A stretch of DNA of 64,000 nt from an uncultured delta proteobacterium (GTDB lineage Bacteria; Myxococcota; Myxococcia; Myxococcales; Myxococcaceae): contig CAVQKE010000004.1 of the NCBI GenBank assembly GCA_963713045.1, positions 256,001 through 320,000 of the forward strand. Direction: 5' to 3'. Numbering within the stretch: the first letter of the stretch is position 1; each line of letters begins with the position of its first letter. The position numbers and the translations under genes were made by a program. The notes below the pieces were generated by a model that was not told where the DNA came from, made no database searches, and saw nothing but the letters and a program-made list of their open reading frames with translations. Of the stretch, positions 1-9,615 are shown piece by piece.

Positions 1-1056
1 GACTGCGGCAACAGCGGCACCACCATCCGGCTACTTTCCGGCCTGGTCGCCGGGGCCAGCGTCCCAGCGACGCTGGATGGCGACGCCTCGCTGCGTCGGC
101 GGCCCATGGCGCGCATCCTCCGGCCCCTGCGCGCCATGGGGGCCCGGGCCGCAGGGGATGTCTCACACTCGGATGAATACGCCCCCCTTCATTTTTCTGG
201 AGGCGCGCTTCACGGCCACGCGCACCAGCTGCGGGTGGCCAGTGCCCAGGTGAAGAGTTGCCTGGTGTTGGCTGGGCTGCAGGCGGACGGCGTGACCTCC
301 ATCCGCGAGCCGGAAGCCTCCCGGGACCACACGGAGAGGATGCTGCAAGCCTTTGGAGCGCCGCTGCGCGTCACCTCCGACGGTACGGTGCTGGTGGAGC
401 GACTGACGCGGCCGCTGCAGCTGCCAGCGCATCTGCGCATCCCGGGCGACCCGTCCTCGGCGGCCTTTTTTGTCGGCGCCGCGGTGCTTGTCCCCGAAGG
501 CCGCATCCGCTGCACAGCGGTGGACGTCAACCCCACCCGCACCGGTTTCCTCCGGGTGCTGGCACGGATGGGTGCCGAGGTACGGCTGGAGGCTGCAGCC
601 GATGAGGCCGGGGACCCGGTGGCCACCCTCCACGTCCGCGCTGGCGCCCGGCTCCAGGGCACCACCATCCATCCCACTGAAGTGCCCTCTCTGCTGGACG
701 AGGTGCCACTTCTGGCCGTCGTCGCCAGCCAAGCGGAGGGGGTGACTCGCCTCTCCGGGGCAGCGGAACTCCGGGTGAAGGAGTCCGACCGGCTGCGACA
801 GGTGTGCCTGGCGCTTCGGGCCATGGGCGCAGAGGTGGAGGAGACGGAGGACGGCTTTGCGGTGCAGGGGCCTTCGCCGCTGCAAGGCGCCTACATCGAC
901 GCGGCGGGAGACCACCGCATCGCCATGGCCTTCGCCGTCGCCGGCCTGGTTGCCGAGGGCGAAACGGCCATCGAAGGCGCGGAGTGGGCGGACATCTCCT
1001 TCCCCGGCTTCTTCCAGGCGCTGTCGGCGCGCTCGGCCGGCGCGGTGAGGCTGTGA
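1..1056 (+). CDS. aroA: 3-phosphoshikimate 1-carboxyvinyltransferase (EPSP synthase), 5' end outside window
   Basis: Frame 1 from base 1 reads DCGNSGTTIRL. Class II EPSPS motifs ASAQVKS, RDHTERML, PGDPSSAAF, ELRVKESDR and DHRIAM are present. Confidence 0.97.
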   Translation, partial: DCGNSGTTIRLLSGLVAGASVPATLDGDASLRRRPMARILRPLRAMGARAAGDVSHSDEYAPLHFSGGALHGHAHQLRVASAQVKSCLVLAGLQADGVTSIREPEASRDHTERMLQAFGAPLRVTSDGTVLVERLTRPLQLPAHLRIPGDPSSAAFFVGAAVLVPEGRIRCTAVDVNPTRTGFLRVLARMGAEVRLEAAADEAGDPVATLHVRAGARLQGTTIHPTEVPSLLDEVPLLAVVASQAEGVTRLSGAAELRVKESDRLRQVCLALRAMGAEVEETEDGFAVQGPSPLQGAYIDAAGDHRIAMAFAVAGLVAEGETAIEGAEWADISFPGFFQALSARSAGAVRL

Positions 1057-1901
1057 CGCAGCCCGGGCGCTATGCGGTGGTGGGGGACCCGGTGGCCCAC
1101 TCGGCCAGCCCTCGCCTCTTCGCTGCCCTCGGGCGGCAACTGGGCCTTCCGCTGGACTACCGCGCGGAGCGAGTGACGCCGGGGGGGCTGGCGGAGTTTC
1201 TCGCGGGCACCCGGGCGGGGGCCTACCAGGGCCTCTCAATCACGCTGCCCCACAAGGAAGCGGTGCTGCGGCTGGCCGACAGCGCCTCGCCGACGGCCCG
1301 CGCGGTGGGCGCCGCCAACTGCCTCCTCGTCCAAGGGGGCCGCCTGGTGGCCGACAACACCGACGGGGTGGGGCTGCTGAAAACGCTCGCCGGGCATGGG
1401 GTGACGCTGTCCGGAGCAGCCGTCCTTCTCCTCGGCGCCGGGGGGGCGGCCCGGGCGGCCGCCCAGGCCGCGCAGGCCTCCGGCCCGAAGACGCTGTGGG
1501 TGTCCAACCGGACGGCGGAGCGCGCGGTGTTGCTGGCCGAGGTCTTTGGCGGCCAGGCCGTCCCGCTGCAAAGGGCCGCACTGCAGCCGCTGTTGGACGT
1601 GGCCGACGTCCTCATCCAAGCCACGTCTGTGGGCTTGGGGCGGCCCACCGAGACCGCCCTGCCTGCAGGGTGCGTGCTACACCCCCGACTCACGGTGCTG
1701 GAGATGGTGTACCAACCCCTGGAGACGGCGCTTCTGCAGTCGGCGCGGGCCGCCGGAGCGCGCAGCGTGGACGGACTGTGGATGCTGGTCCACCAGGCCT
1801 TGGAGCAGCTGAGGCTGTGGACCGGGGTGGTGGCGCCTGGTGCGTTAGCGGCGGAGCTGCACCAGCAGCTTGCCTCCAGTGGGGTGGAGGGCGCCGGATG
1901 A
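1053..1901 (+). CDS. aroE: Shikimate dehydrogenase
   Basis: Motifs GDPVAHSASP, SITLPHK, GAAN, NTDG, GAGGAARA and DGLWMLVHQA. GTG start overlaps the aroA stop (GTGA). Confidence 0.95.
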   Translation: MTQPGRYAVVGDPVAHSASPRLFAALGRQLGLPLDYRAERVTPGGLAEFLAGTRAGAYQGLSITLPHKEAVLRLADSASPTARAVGAANCLLVQGGRLVADNTDGVGLLKTLAGHGVTLSGAAVLLLGAGGAARAAAQAAQASGPKTLWVSNRTAERAVLLAEVFGGQAVPLQRAALQPLLDVADVLIQATSVGLGRPTETALPAGCVLHPRLTVLEMVYQPLETALLQSARAAGARSVDGLWMLVHQALEQLRLWTGVVAPGALAAELHQQLASSGVEGAG

Positions 1902-3622
1902 GTCGGCTGCGTTTCCTGACCGCCGGGGAAAGCCATGGCCCGGCGCTGTTGGGCATTCTCGAGGGGCTGCCCGCCGGGCTTCCCTTGCAAGCGGCGGACA
2001 TCAGCCGGGACTTGGCTCGCCGACAGCTGGGGTACGGGCGCGGCGGGCGGATGAGAATTGAAACCGACGTCGCGGAAATTCTCTGTGGCGTGCGCTTTGG
2101 CACCACCCTCGGCTCGCCGTTGGGCCTTCTGGTGAGAAACCGGGACTGGGAAAATTGGACCGAGCGGATGCGGGTGGGGCCCGGGCCGCTCGACCCGCGT
2201 CCAGTGCGGGTGCCTCGCCCCGGGCATGCCGATTTGGCCGGCGCGCTCAAGTACGGCCAGACGGCGGACTTGCGTGACGTGCTGGAACGGGCCTCGGCCA
2301 GGGAGACGGCGATGCGGGTGGCCCTCGGCGCCGCGGCGCGCGTCCTGTTGCGGGAGTTGGGAATTCAGGTGGGCAGCTACGTGCGCCGCATTGGCCAAGC
2401 CGAGGCCGACGACGCCGCCAACACCTGGCCCAACCTGCTGCGCGAAGACGCGGAGGGGTTGGCGCTGCTGGCCGACGCCACCGAGACGCGGGCCCTCACC
2501 CAAAGTGCGTCGGCCCGTCTGGTGGCCGCCATCCAGGAGGCGCAGGCGCGACGAGACACCTTGGGGGGCGTCATTGAGGTGGTCGCCAGCGGCGTGCCCC
2601 CCGGGCTGGGCAGCTACGTCCAGGCGGACCGCCGGTTGGACGCGCGGCTTGGCGCAGCCCTCCTCTCGATTCAAGCCATGAAGGCCGTCGAGGTGGGCGA
2701 CGGCATCCGTGGGGGCATCGCCTACGGCAGCGACACCCATGACCCCATCGTCCTGGAAGGTGGCCGCCTGGTGCGGACCGGCAACCGCGCCGGGGGCCTG
2801 GAGGGCGGCGTCACCAACGGCGAGCCGCTGGTGCTGCGCGCCGTCATGAAGCCCATCTCCACCGTCCCCGCCGCGCTTCCCTCGGTGCACCTCGGCACGC
2901 TGCAGGCAGTGCCGGCCCACGTCGAGCGCAGCGACACCTGCGCCGTCCCCGCCGCGGGGGTGGTGTGCGAGGCGATGGTGTGCTTGTGCCTGGCCGACGC
3001 CGTCCTCGAGGCGCTGGGCGGCGACACCCTCGCCAGCCTTCGGCATGGGTTTGCTCGGCTTCGACTCTCGGTGCGGACCGGACTGGGGCAAGTGTTTCTC
3101 ATCGGCCCCATGGGCGCGGGGAAGACGACGGTGGGGGAACATCTGGCTCGGCTTCTCGGCCTTCCCTTTGTCGACTTGGACGCGCTTCTCGAAGCGCGCC
3201 TCGGTGCCAGCGTGGCGCAACTCTTCAGCGCCGAGGGCGAAGAGCGCTTCCGGCAGCGGGAGGCCGAGGCGTTGGCAGAATTGGAGAGCGGCTCGCCCGC
3301 GGTGGTGGCGCTCGGTGGCGGGACGCCGTGCGTGGAGGAGGCGTGGCGTCGGATGCGTCGCGCCGGGGTGGTGGTGGCCCTGGAGGCCGCCCCAGCGGAG
3401 CTCGTCCGGCGCTTGACGGCTGCGCCGGGAGGCATTGCCGCTCGCCCGCTTTTGCAGGGGGGCGAGCCCGAGGCTCAGCTCGAGGCGCTGCTTCAAGCCA
3501 GGCACCACTGGTACGCCCGCGCCGATGCGCGCCTGCGCACCGACGGCCTGACGCCGGAGTCGGCCGCCGGCGCGGTGCTTGGGCTGCTTCGCGCATTGCA
3601 GGGGCCGCTGGTGTCGACGTGA
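1898..3622 (+). CDS. aroC: Chorismate synthase fused to C-terminal shikimate kinase
   Basis: N-terminal part has AroC motifs FLTAGESHG, RPGHADL, ERASARETA, GGLEGG and MKPIST. It continues in frame into AroK motifs LIGPMGAGKTTVG (P-loop), FVDLD, GEERFRQRE, LGGG and RPLL. Confidence 0.95.
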   Translation: MSRLRFLTAGESHGPALLGILEGLPAGLPLQAADISRDLARRQLGYGRGGRMRIETDVAEILCGVRFGTTLGSPLGLLVRNRDWENWTERMRVGPGPLDPRPVRVPRPGHADLAGALKYGQTADLRDVLERASARETAMRVALGAAARVLLRELGIQVGSYVRRIGQAEADDAANTWPNLLREDAEGLALLADATETRALTQSASARLVAAIQEAQARRDTLGGVIEVVASGVPPGLGSYVQADRRLDARLGAALLSIQAMKAVEVGDGIRGGIAYGSDTHDPIVLEGGRLVRTGNRAGGLEGGVTNGEPLVLRAVMKPISTVPAALPSVHLGTLQAVPAHVERSDTCAVPAAGVVCEAMVCLCLADAVLEALGGDTLASLRHGFARLRLSVRTGLGQVFLIGPMGAGKTTVGEHLARLLGLPFVDLDALLEARLGASVAQLFSAEGEERFRQREAEALAELESGSPAVVALGGGTPCVEEAWRRMRRAGVVVALEAAPAELVRRLTAAPGGIAARPLLQGGEPEAQLEALLQARHHWYARADARLRTDGLTPESAAGAVLGLLRALQGPLVST

Positions 3623-4713
3623 TGCGCACCGCGTGGGTGACTTCGTCGTCCGGACGCTACCCGGTGCGCGTCGGCCGCGGCTTGTTGGCCGAGGTCGGAC
3701 CCTCCCTGCGCGCCTCCGGGTTTCACGGCCGGGTGGCTGTCGTCTCGGACGCCACCGTGCTGGAAGCCTGGGGCCCGGTGCTGCTGCTCAACCTGGAGTC
3801 TGCCGGCTACTCGCCCGCGGTGCTCAGCATTGTCCCCGGAGAGGCGAGCAAGACGGTGTCCACCGCAGAAGTCTTCTGGGGACGCCTCATTGAATCTGGC
3901 TTTGGGCGCAAAGACGTGCTGTTGGCGTGCGGCGGGGGCGTGGTGGGAGACCTCGGTGGCTTCGTCGCCGCCACCTTTCACCGCGGCATGCGGCTGGTGC
4001 AGTTGCCCACCACGCTGCTCGCGCAGGTGGACGCCTCCATTGGTGGCAAGGTCGCCGTCGACCACCGCCTCGGGAAAAACTTGGTGGGCGCCTTCTACCC
4101 GCCGGAACAGGTGATGGCCGACGTCGAAGCGCTTTCCACGCTTCCGCCACGCGAGCGCTGGAATGGGCTGGCCGAGGTGGTGAAAATCGCGCTGGTGCGC
4201 GACGCCGACTTCGTGGCCGACTTGGAACGGGATTTGGAATTGCTGGCGGAAGGGCCGGTGAGCGAGCAACTGGAGGCGGTGGTGGCCCGTGCGGCGGCCC
4301 TCAAAGCCGACGTCGTCTCAGCCGACGAAAAGGAGGCAGGCCTGCGCATGTTGCTCAACTTCGGCCATACGCTGGGTCATGCCTTGGAGGTGGCCACCGG
4401 CTACGCATCCCTTTCCCACGGAGAGGCGGTGGTGGCCGGGATGCGGGTGGCCATCCGCCTTTCGCGCCGACTGGGCCACTTGCAGGACGCCGAGGAAAAG
4501 CGCGCCCTGACGCTGCTGGACCGCTTTCCACGCCCCTTGGGGTTGGTGCCTCCGGGCCGCGAGGCGCTGCGCGCCCTGACGCTGCGGGACAAAAAGGCGG
4601 TGGGAGGGACAGTGCGCTACGTGGTGATGACGGGCATTGGCCAAGGGGCCATTGAGGGCCTGTCCCCGGAGCGCTTGGAAGAAGCGGTGGAACTGGCGGT
4701 GGAAGTCCTGTGA
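3622..4713 (+). CDS. aroB: 3-dehydroquinate synthase
   Basis: Motifs GEASK, GGGVVGDLGGF, PTTLLAQVDASIGGK, KNLVGAF, LNFGHTLGHALE and HGEAV. Confidence 0.97.
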   Translation: MRTAWVTSSSGRYPVRVGRGLLAEVGPSLRASGFHGRVAVVSDATVLEAWGPVLLLNLESAGYSPAVLSIVPGEASKTVSTAEVFWGRLIESGFGRKDVLLACGGGVVGDLGGFVAATFHRGMRLVQLPTTLLAQVDASIGGKVAVDHRLGKNLVGAFYPPEQVMADVEALSTLPPRERWNGLAEVVKIALVRDADFVADLERDLELLAEGPVSEQLEAVVARAAALKADVVSADEKEAGLRMLLNFGHTLGHALEVATGYASLSHGEAVVAGMRVAIRLSRRLGHLQDAEEKRALTLLDRFPRPLGLVPPGREALRALTLRDKKAVGGTVRYVVMTGIGQGAIEGLSPERLEEAVELAVEVL

Positions 4714-5138
4714 ATGTCCTCGTGCTGCATGGGCCGAACCTCAATCTGCTCGGCGAGCGCGAGCCCCACCTCTACGGCAAAGGCACGCTGGCCGAACTGG
4801 ATGCACGCCTCGTCGCCCGGGGCGCAGAGTTGGGGTTGGCGGTCCGCTGCTACCAGAGCAACCATGAAGGCTCGCTCATCGACTTCCTTCAAGCCGAGCG
4901 CAAGTGGGCGCAAGGGGTGCTTCTCAACGCCGGCGCCCTGACGCACACCTCGTGGGCCCTGCACGATGCCGTGACAGCCGTCGGCCTTCCGTGTGTCGAA
5001 GTCCACCTCACCGACGTCTCTCGCCGGGAGCCTTGGCGTCAATTCAGTGTCTTGGAAGACGTCCGCAGAGCCGTCTTCCAAGGGAGGGGCGTCGAGTCCT
5101 ACTTCGAAGGCCTGGCGTTTCTGACGACGTTGCGCTGA
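4710..5138 (+). CDS. aroQ: Type II 3-dehydroquinate dehydratase
   Basis: Motifs LHGPNLNLLGEREP, QSNHEG, NAGALTHTS and EVHLT. Confidence 0.96.
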   Translation: MNVLVLHGPNLNLLGEREPHLYGKGTLAELDARLVARGAELGLAVRCYQSNHEGSLIDFLQAERKWAQGVLLNAGALTHTSWALHDAVTAVGLPCVEVHLTDVSRREPWRQFSVLEDVRRAVFQGRGVESYFEGLAFLTTLR

Positions 5139-5274
5139 GCGGCCCCGGTGCACGCTTGGGGGGGGACAGAAAGTTCAGGCTGGAATGTGCGGCGCCACGC
5201 CCGGTTGTTAGCGTTGCGGCCGCGGGGCCTCGGGGGTCGCCTCCCCCTTGCCGGCAAGAGGAGAGTCGTCAGCC

Positions 5275-5739
5275 ATGGCCAACCTCACCTTCACCCTCAA
5301 CGGACAGCCGAAGCGTGTTGACGTCGATGCAGAGATGCCGCTGGTGTGGGTGCTGCGGGACGTCCTCGGGCTGACCGGCACCAAATTCAGCTGTGGCGTC
5401 GCCCAGTGCGGGGCCTGCACCGTGCTTCTGGACGGAAGGCCCACGCGCAGCTGCGTCCTCGCCATGTCTTCGGTGACAGGCAAACACGTCACCACCGTGG
5501 AAGGGCTGTCCGCCGACGGGAGCCACCCGGTGCAGCGTGCCTGGGTGGCGGAGCAAGTGCCCCAATGTGGCTACTGTCAATCTGGTCAACTGATGAGTGC
5601 CGCCGCGCTGCTGGCCGAGAAGAAGGCGCCCACCGACGCCGACATTGACGCGGCCATGTCTGGCAATTTCTGCCGCTGTGGCACCTATTCCCGCATTCGC
5701 CGGGCCATCCACCGCGCGGCCCGGGAGGGCAGCCAGTGA
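5275..5739 (+). CDS. (2Fe-2S)-binding small subunit of an isoquinoline 1-oxidoreductase/aldehyde oxidoreductase-type molybdoenzyme (IorA-like)
   Basis: Motifs [25 protein letters not shown] and CRCGTY. GAGGAG ribosome-binding site upstream of ATG 5275. Confidence 0.93.
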   Translation: MANLTFTLNGQPKRVDVDAEMPLVWVLRDVLGLTGTKFSCGVAQCGACTVLLDGRPTRSCVLAMSSVTGKHVTTVEGLSADGSHPVQRAWVAEQVPQCGYCQSGQLMSAAALLAEKKAPTDADIDAAMSGNFCRCGTYSRIRRAIHRAAREGSQ

Positions 5740-7844
5740 CTCTCCTCAGCAAGGTCAGCCGCAGGAAGTTTCTCCAAGCGACGGTGGTCGGCGGAACTGG
5801 CCTCGTCCTGGGCATCGGCTACCGCAGCGCCCAGGCGGCGCCGGGTGCGCGGTTTGAGCCCAATGCCTTCCTCGCCATTGATGGGTCCGGACAAGTCACC
5901 CTCTGGGTGGCGAAGTCCGAGATGGGCCAGGGCGTACGGACGGCACTGCCGATGGTGGTGGCCGACGAGTTGGAAGCGGACTGGGAGCAGGTGCACGTCG
6001 AGCAGGCCCTGGCTGAACCCAAGTACGGGGACATGGGCACCGGGGGCAGCTCAAGCGTCCGCGACTCCTATCTCCCCTTGCGGACCGCCGGAGCCGCCGC
6101 CCGGGAGATGCTGGTGGCGGCGGCCGCTGCGCGTTGGGCGGTGGATGCCTCCAGCTGCCGGGCCGAGATGGGTGCAGTCCTGCATGCCAGCAGTGGCCGG
6201 CGGCTCGGCTACGGCGAGTTGGTGGCCGACGCCGCGAAGCGACCGGTGCCGGCGGCGCCGAAGCTGAAGGACCCAAGTCAGTTCCGCTACATCGGCACGC
6301 CGATGCCCCGGGTGGACATTCCGGCCAAGGTGAATGGCAGCGCCGTCTACGGCATCGACGTGCGCATCCCCAACATGCTGGTGGCCACCGTGCTGCGCTG
6401 CCCCGTCGTCGGGGGCAAGGTGGCCAAGGTGGACGACGCTGCGGCCCGGGCGATTCCCGGCGTCCGGCGCGTCCTGCCTTTAGACGACGGAGTGGCCGTC
6501 GTCGCCGACGCGACCTGGCCGGCGCTGCGGGGACGCCAGGCGCTGGTGGTTTCCTGGGAGGCCGGCCCCCATGCCGGCCTCAGCCAGGAGGGCATCTGGC
6601 GCAAGCTGCAGTGGGCGGTCCAGACGTCCGGCGCCACGGCCCGGCGGGAAGGCGATGTGGGTCGGGCACTCTCCGGGACTTCCCAGAAGCTGGACGTCAC
6701 CTACCAGGCGCCGTTTCTCGCCCACCTCACCATGGAGCCGCAGAATTGCGTGGCCGACGTGCGCGCCGATGGCTGTGACATCTGGGCCCCGACGCAGGTT
6801 CCGGACAGCGCGCAGGAACGGGTTGCGAAGCTGTTGGGATTGAATCCCCAGCGTGTCGTCGTCCACACCACCTTTCTCGGTGGCGGCTTTGGCCGCCGCC
6901 TGGAGACGGACTTCGTCCTGGAAGCCGTCCAACTTTCCAAGGCCGTCGCTGCGCCGGTGAAGGTGGTTTGGACGTTGGAGGACGACTTCGCGCACGACTT
7001 CTACCGGCCGCCCAGCGTGCACCGTCTGCTCGGCGCCCTCGACGCCGGTGGACAGCCCATCGCGTGGCTGCACCGTCTGTCGGTGCCCTCTCGGTCGCCG
7101 GACCGCCTCAAGAATGGCATCGACCGCGGAGCCCTCAACGGGGCGTTGACCGTCCCCTACGCCATCCCCAACCTCGAAGTACAATTTGCCGCCAACTCCA
7201 CACCGGTGCCAGTGGGGCCCTGGCGGAGCGTCGCCCACTCCTACAATGCCTTTGCGGTGGAGAGCTTCATCGACGAGTTGGCGCACCTGGCCGGGAAGGA
7301 TGCCCTGGCCTTTCGGCGGGCACTTCTGGGGAGAGCCCCCCGGCACCTGAGGGTGCTGGACTTGGTGGCGGACAAGGCGGGGTGGGGCAGTCCGCTGCCG
7401 AAGGGCCGTGGCCGCGGCCTGGCCGTGCACGAGTCCTTCGCCAGCGTCGTGGCGGAGGTGGTGGAAGTGACGGAGGAGGGTGACGGCTTCCGGGTGGACA
7501 AGGTGGTCTGCGCCGTGGACTGTGGCACGGTGGTGAACCCCAACACCGTCCAGGCCCAGGTCGAGGGGGGCGTCGTCTTCGGTCTCAGTGCAGCGCTGCG
7601 CGAGGCCATTACCGTCGACGCCGGCCGTGCCGTGCAGACGTCCCTGTCTGAATACGGGCCGCTGCGGATGCGCGACGCACCCGTCGTCGAGGTGCACGTC
7701 GTCAAGACGAATGAGCCGCCGGGCGGCATTGGTGAGCCGGGGGTCCCACCGGTGGCACCGGCCGTGGCCAACGCCGTGTTTGCCGCCACCGGTAAACGCC
7801 TCCGGCTCCTGCCGTTGTTGTCCTCCAACCGGGGAACTGGGTAG
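5736..7844 (+). CDS. Molybdopterin-binding large subunit (IorB-like), Tat-exported
   Basis: Tat motif SRRKFL, plus [26 protein letters not shown] and GGIGEPG. Confidence 0.93.
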   Translation: MTLLSKVSRRKFLQATVVGGTGLVLGIGYRSAQAAPGARFEPNAFLAIDGSGQVTLWVAKSEMGQGVRTALPMVVADELEADWEQVHVEQALAEPKYGDMGTGGSSSVRDSYLPLRTAGAAAREMLVAAAAARWAVDASSCRAEMGAVLHASSGRRLGYGELVADAAKRPVPAAPKLKDPSQFRYIGTPMPRVDIPAKVNGSAVYGIDVRIPNMLVATVLRCPVVGGKVAKVDDAAARAIPGVRRVLPLDDGVAVVADATWPALRGRQALVVSWEAGPHAGLSQEGIWRKLQWAVQTSGATARREGDVGRALSGTSQKLDVTYQAPFLAHLTMEPQNCVADVRADGCDIWAPTQVPDSAQERVAKLLGLNPQRVVVHTTFLGGGFGRRLETDFVLEAVQLSKAVAAPVKVVWTLEDDFAHDFYRPPSVHRLLGALDAGGQPIAWLHRLSVPSRSPDRLKNGIDRGALNGALTVPYAIPNLEVQFAANSTPVPVGPWRSVAHSYNAFAVESFIDELAHLAGKDALAFRRALLGRAPRHLRVLDLVADKAGWGSPLPKGRGRGLAVHESFASVVAEVVEVTEEGDGFRVDKVVCAVDCGTVVNPNTVQAQVEGGVVFGLSAALREAITVDAGRAVQTSLSEYGPLRMRDAPVVEVHVVKTNEPPGGIGEPGVPPVAPAVANAVFAATGKRLRLLPLLSSNRGTG

Positions 7845-8264
7845 GGCCGCGAGGCAGGTCTCGCGCTTCTGCCGGAGGACCCGCCAAACGAAGTCCGCTC
7901 ATTCCCGGGGAGCCGGGCTTCCTCGGCAGAATACCGGCGGCGCCGCCGGGGCCGTTCATCGGGGTCACTTCGGGGGTCTTCTTTTCCATCGGTCAGACTC
8001 GCTTCCAACTTCATCGAGCCGGTCCGGTCCTTCAGGGGGCGACATCACCCATGTGCTAAGTGCGCGGGCTGCGGCCGGGTGGCGCAAGAACTGAGAACCG
8101 TTCCAGCCAACCGAGGGTGCTCACCCCTTCGCGGATTCAGCGCAATTCTTGCGTCGGACGGTCCTCGGCGCGCACCAAGGACGTCGGCCGTAAGACGGCC
8201 CAGCCTGCTTCCAACAATGGCGCAAGACGTGCATTCGCTCCAGGAGAGGGCTCCGGGTGGGCGT

Positions 8265-9167
8265 TTAGGGTCCGGTTGCTGCCTCGTTGACATGGACCGA
8301 GCCCCAAAGCATCGACCGGTCATCGACGGCGACGTTGGTTGCCGAAGCCCCCTCTGGCTCGCCGAAGCTACGGAGCACCAACTTGGCGCGGTGGCGTGCA
8401 GCTCGGCGCACGGCTGCCAGGAGACGAGCGCGGTAAGCGAAGGGCGCGCCGTCAAGGACGTTGGAGAGGGTGAAGCCGTCGAAGCTTTCAGGAGGAAGCG
8501 ATTCCAGGTACCCGGCTGCGTCGGCGCAGTGCAGCTCCAATGGGTGCTGCGGTTTGGGCGCGGGTGGGTAGTCTCCCAGGAGCAGGGCCCTCGCAAAGGG
8601 GTTCCCGGCATTGGGATGGTGCCGGAAGCAACGCTCCATCCGTGCCCTCATCACCGCCCCGAAGCCTTGCGGCAAGACGCTCAGGAAGGGTGAGGCATAG
8701 ACCTGGCGGAGCCCGGTGACGGACAGAAGAAGACCCACGCCTGCGCGAAAGCGCCGTGTGTCGAGGTGCTGATGCCAAAAGTCGAGCTGTGGTTGCGTGG
8801 AGTCGAAGCTCAGAAACTCCGCCACCAGGGCGCGGCGCCAGCCGGCAAGCCGGAGGAATGCGCGCCCGACGGCCAGCAAGTGCTCGGCGGCGCCGGCCTT
8901 TGCCGGGCCCCCCTCGACGCGAGACCGCGCGTAGATGACCTGTACCGGGTTGATGTCCACTGCCACCACCGAGTGCCGCTCGGCGAGCGCCAGGGCCATG
9001 TCTCCGGCCGAAGCGATGCAGAACACTCGCCCACCGGGCGGGAAGGCCCGTGCCTCGATGGAGGCGTCCTCGTACATGTGCCCGAACAACAGGCGCTGCG
9101 GCGCCACCCGCGCGTCGAGGCGCCCCCGGCCCCAGGGAGTCTCAGGCGTAAGCGCCCCCCCCCTCAC
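8265..9167 (-). CDS. DUF3419/BtaA-like SAM-dependent transferase family protein
   Basis: LLFGHMYED, VFCIASAG and VAVDINPVQ (SAM-binding-like), and FDGFTLSNVLD. The GTG start overlaps the upstream gene's TGA. Confidence 0.7.
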   Translation of the reverse strand: MRGGALTPETPWGRGRLDARVAPQRLLFGHMYEDASIEARAFPPGGRVFCIASAGDMALALAERHSVVAVDINPVQVIYARSRVEGGPAKAGAAEHLLAVGRAFLRLAGWRRALVAEFLSFDSTQPQLDFWHQHLDTRRFRAGVGLLLSVTGLRQVYASPFLSVLPQGFGAVMRARMERCFRHHPNAGNPFARALLLGDYPPAPKPQHPLELHCADAAGYLESLPPESFDGFTLSNVLDGAPFAYRARLLAAVRRAARHRAKLVLRSFGEPEGASATNVAVDDRSMLWGSVHVNEAATGP

Positions 9168-9544
9168 CGGGTGCCTTGCGTCGCCGCTACCCAAACCAGA
9201 ACCAGGAAGGCGAAGTTCTTCACGACCATCCCCCCGGGGTCGTGGATGAGCCGCCGCGCGAAGATGAGGCCATTCGCATTCATCCCCACCAGCAGCGCGC
9301 TCTGGGCCACTGCTCCCCAGACGGGCTGCCACCCACTGAGAACCCAGGCTGCCAGTCCGCACTCGAGAACACCGAGGGTGCTGAGCACGGCCGGCCCGCG
9401 GACCGGTCCGAGAAAAGGCACCGCCGAGGCGATTTCGCCCTGGCTGGGCAGGCGTCGAAGGACCTTGCACCACAGGCCCTCGTACAGCCATACCGCGGCG
9501 ATGGCGCTGCGGATGAGAAGCAACGGAGGCATCAGGTGAAACAT
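9164..9544 (-). CDS. DoxX-like membrane protein
   Basis: IAAVWLYEGLWCK...KNFAFL pattern with four hydrophobic segments. Confidence 0.7.
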   Translation of the reverse strand: MFHLMPPLLLIRSAIAAVWLYEGLWCKVLRRLPSQGEIASAVPFLGPVRGPAVLSTLGVLECGLAAWVLSGWQPVWGAVAQSALLVGMNANGLIFARRLIHDPGGMVVKNFAFLVLVWVAATQGTR

Positions 9545-9615
9545 CGTAGCTCGCATCGCCACGAGGAGCGCGCCTCCAAGCGCTGTTGGATGGCCCTGTT
9601 CGTCCAGAGGAAGCC

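Noticed and set aside
1223..3508. 761-aa minus-strand ORF, and similar long antisense ORFs at 27275-29824, 38242-40236, 41105-43006, 46307-48064 and 49250-51070
   Set aside because: These are shadow ORFs opposite well-supported genes. They are expected from high-GC codon bias and carry no recognisable motifs.
7702..8693. Small ORFs 7702-7989 (-), 8045-8611 (-) and 8079-8693 (+)
   Set aside because: They overlap real genes, have no motifs and show non-coding-like composition.
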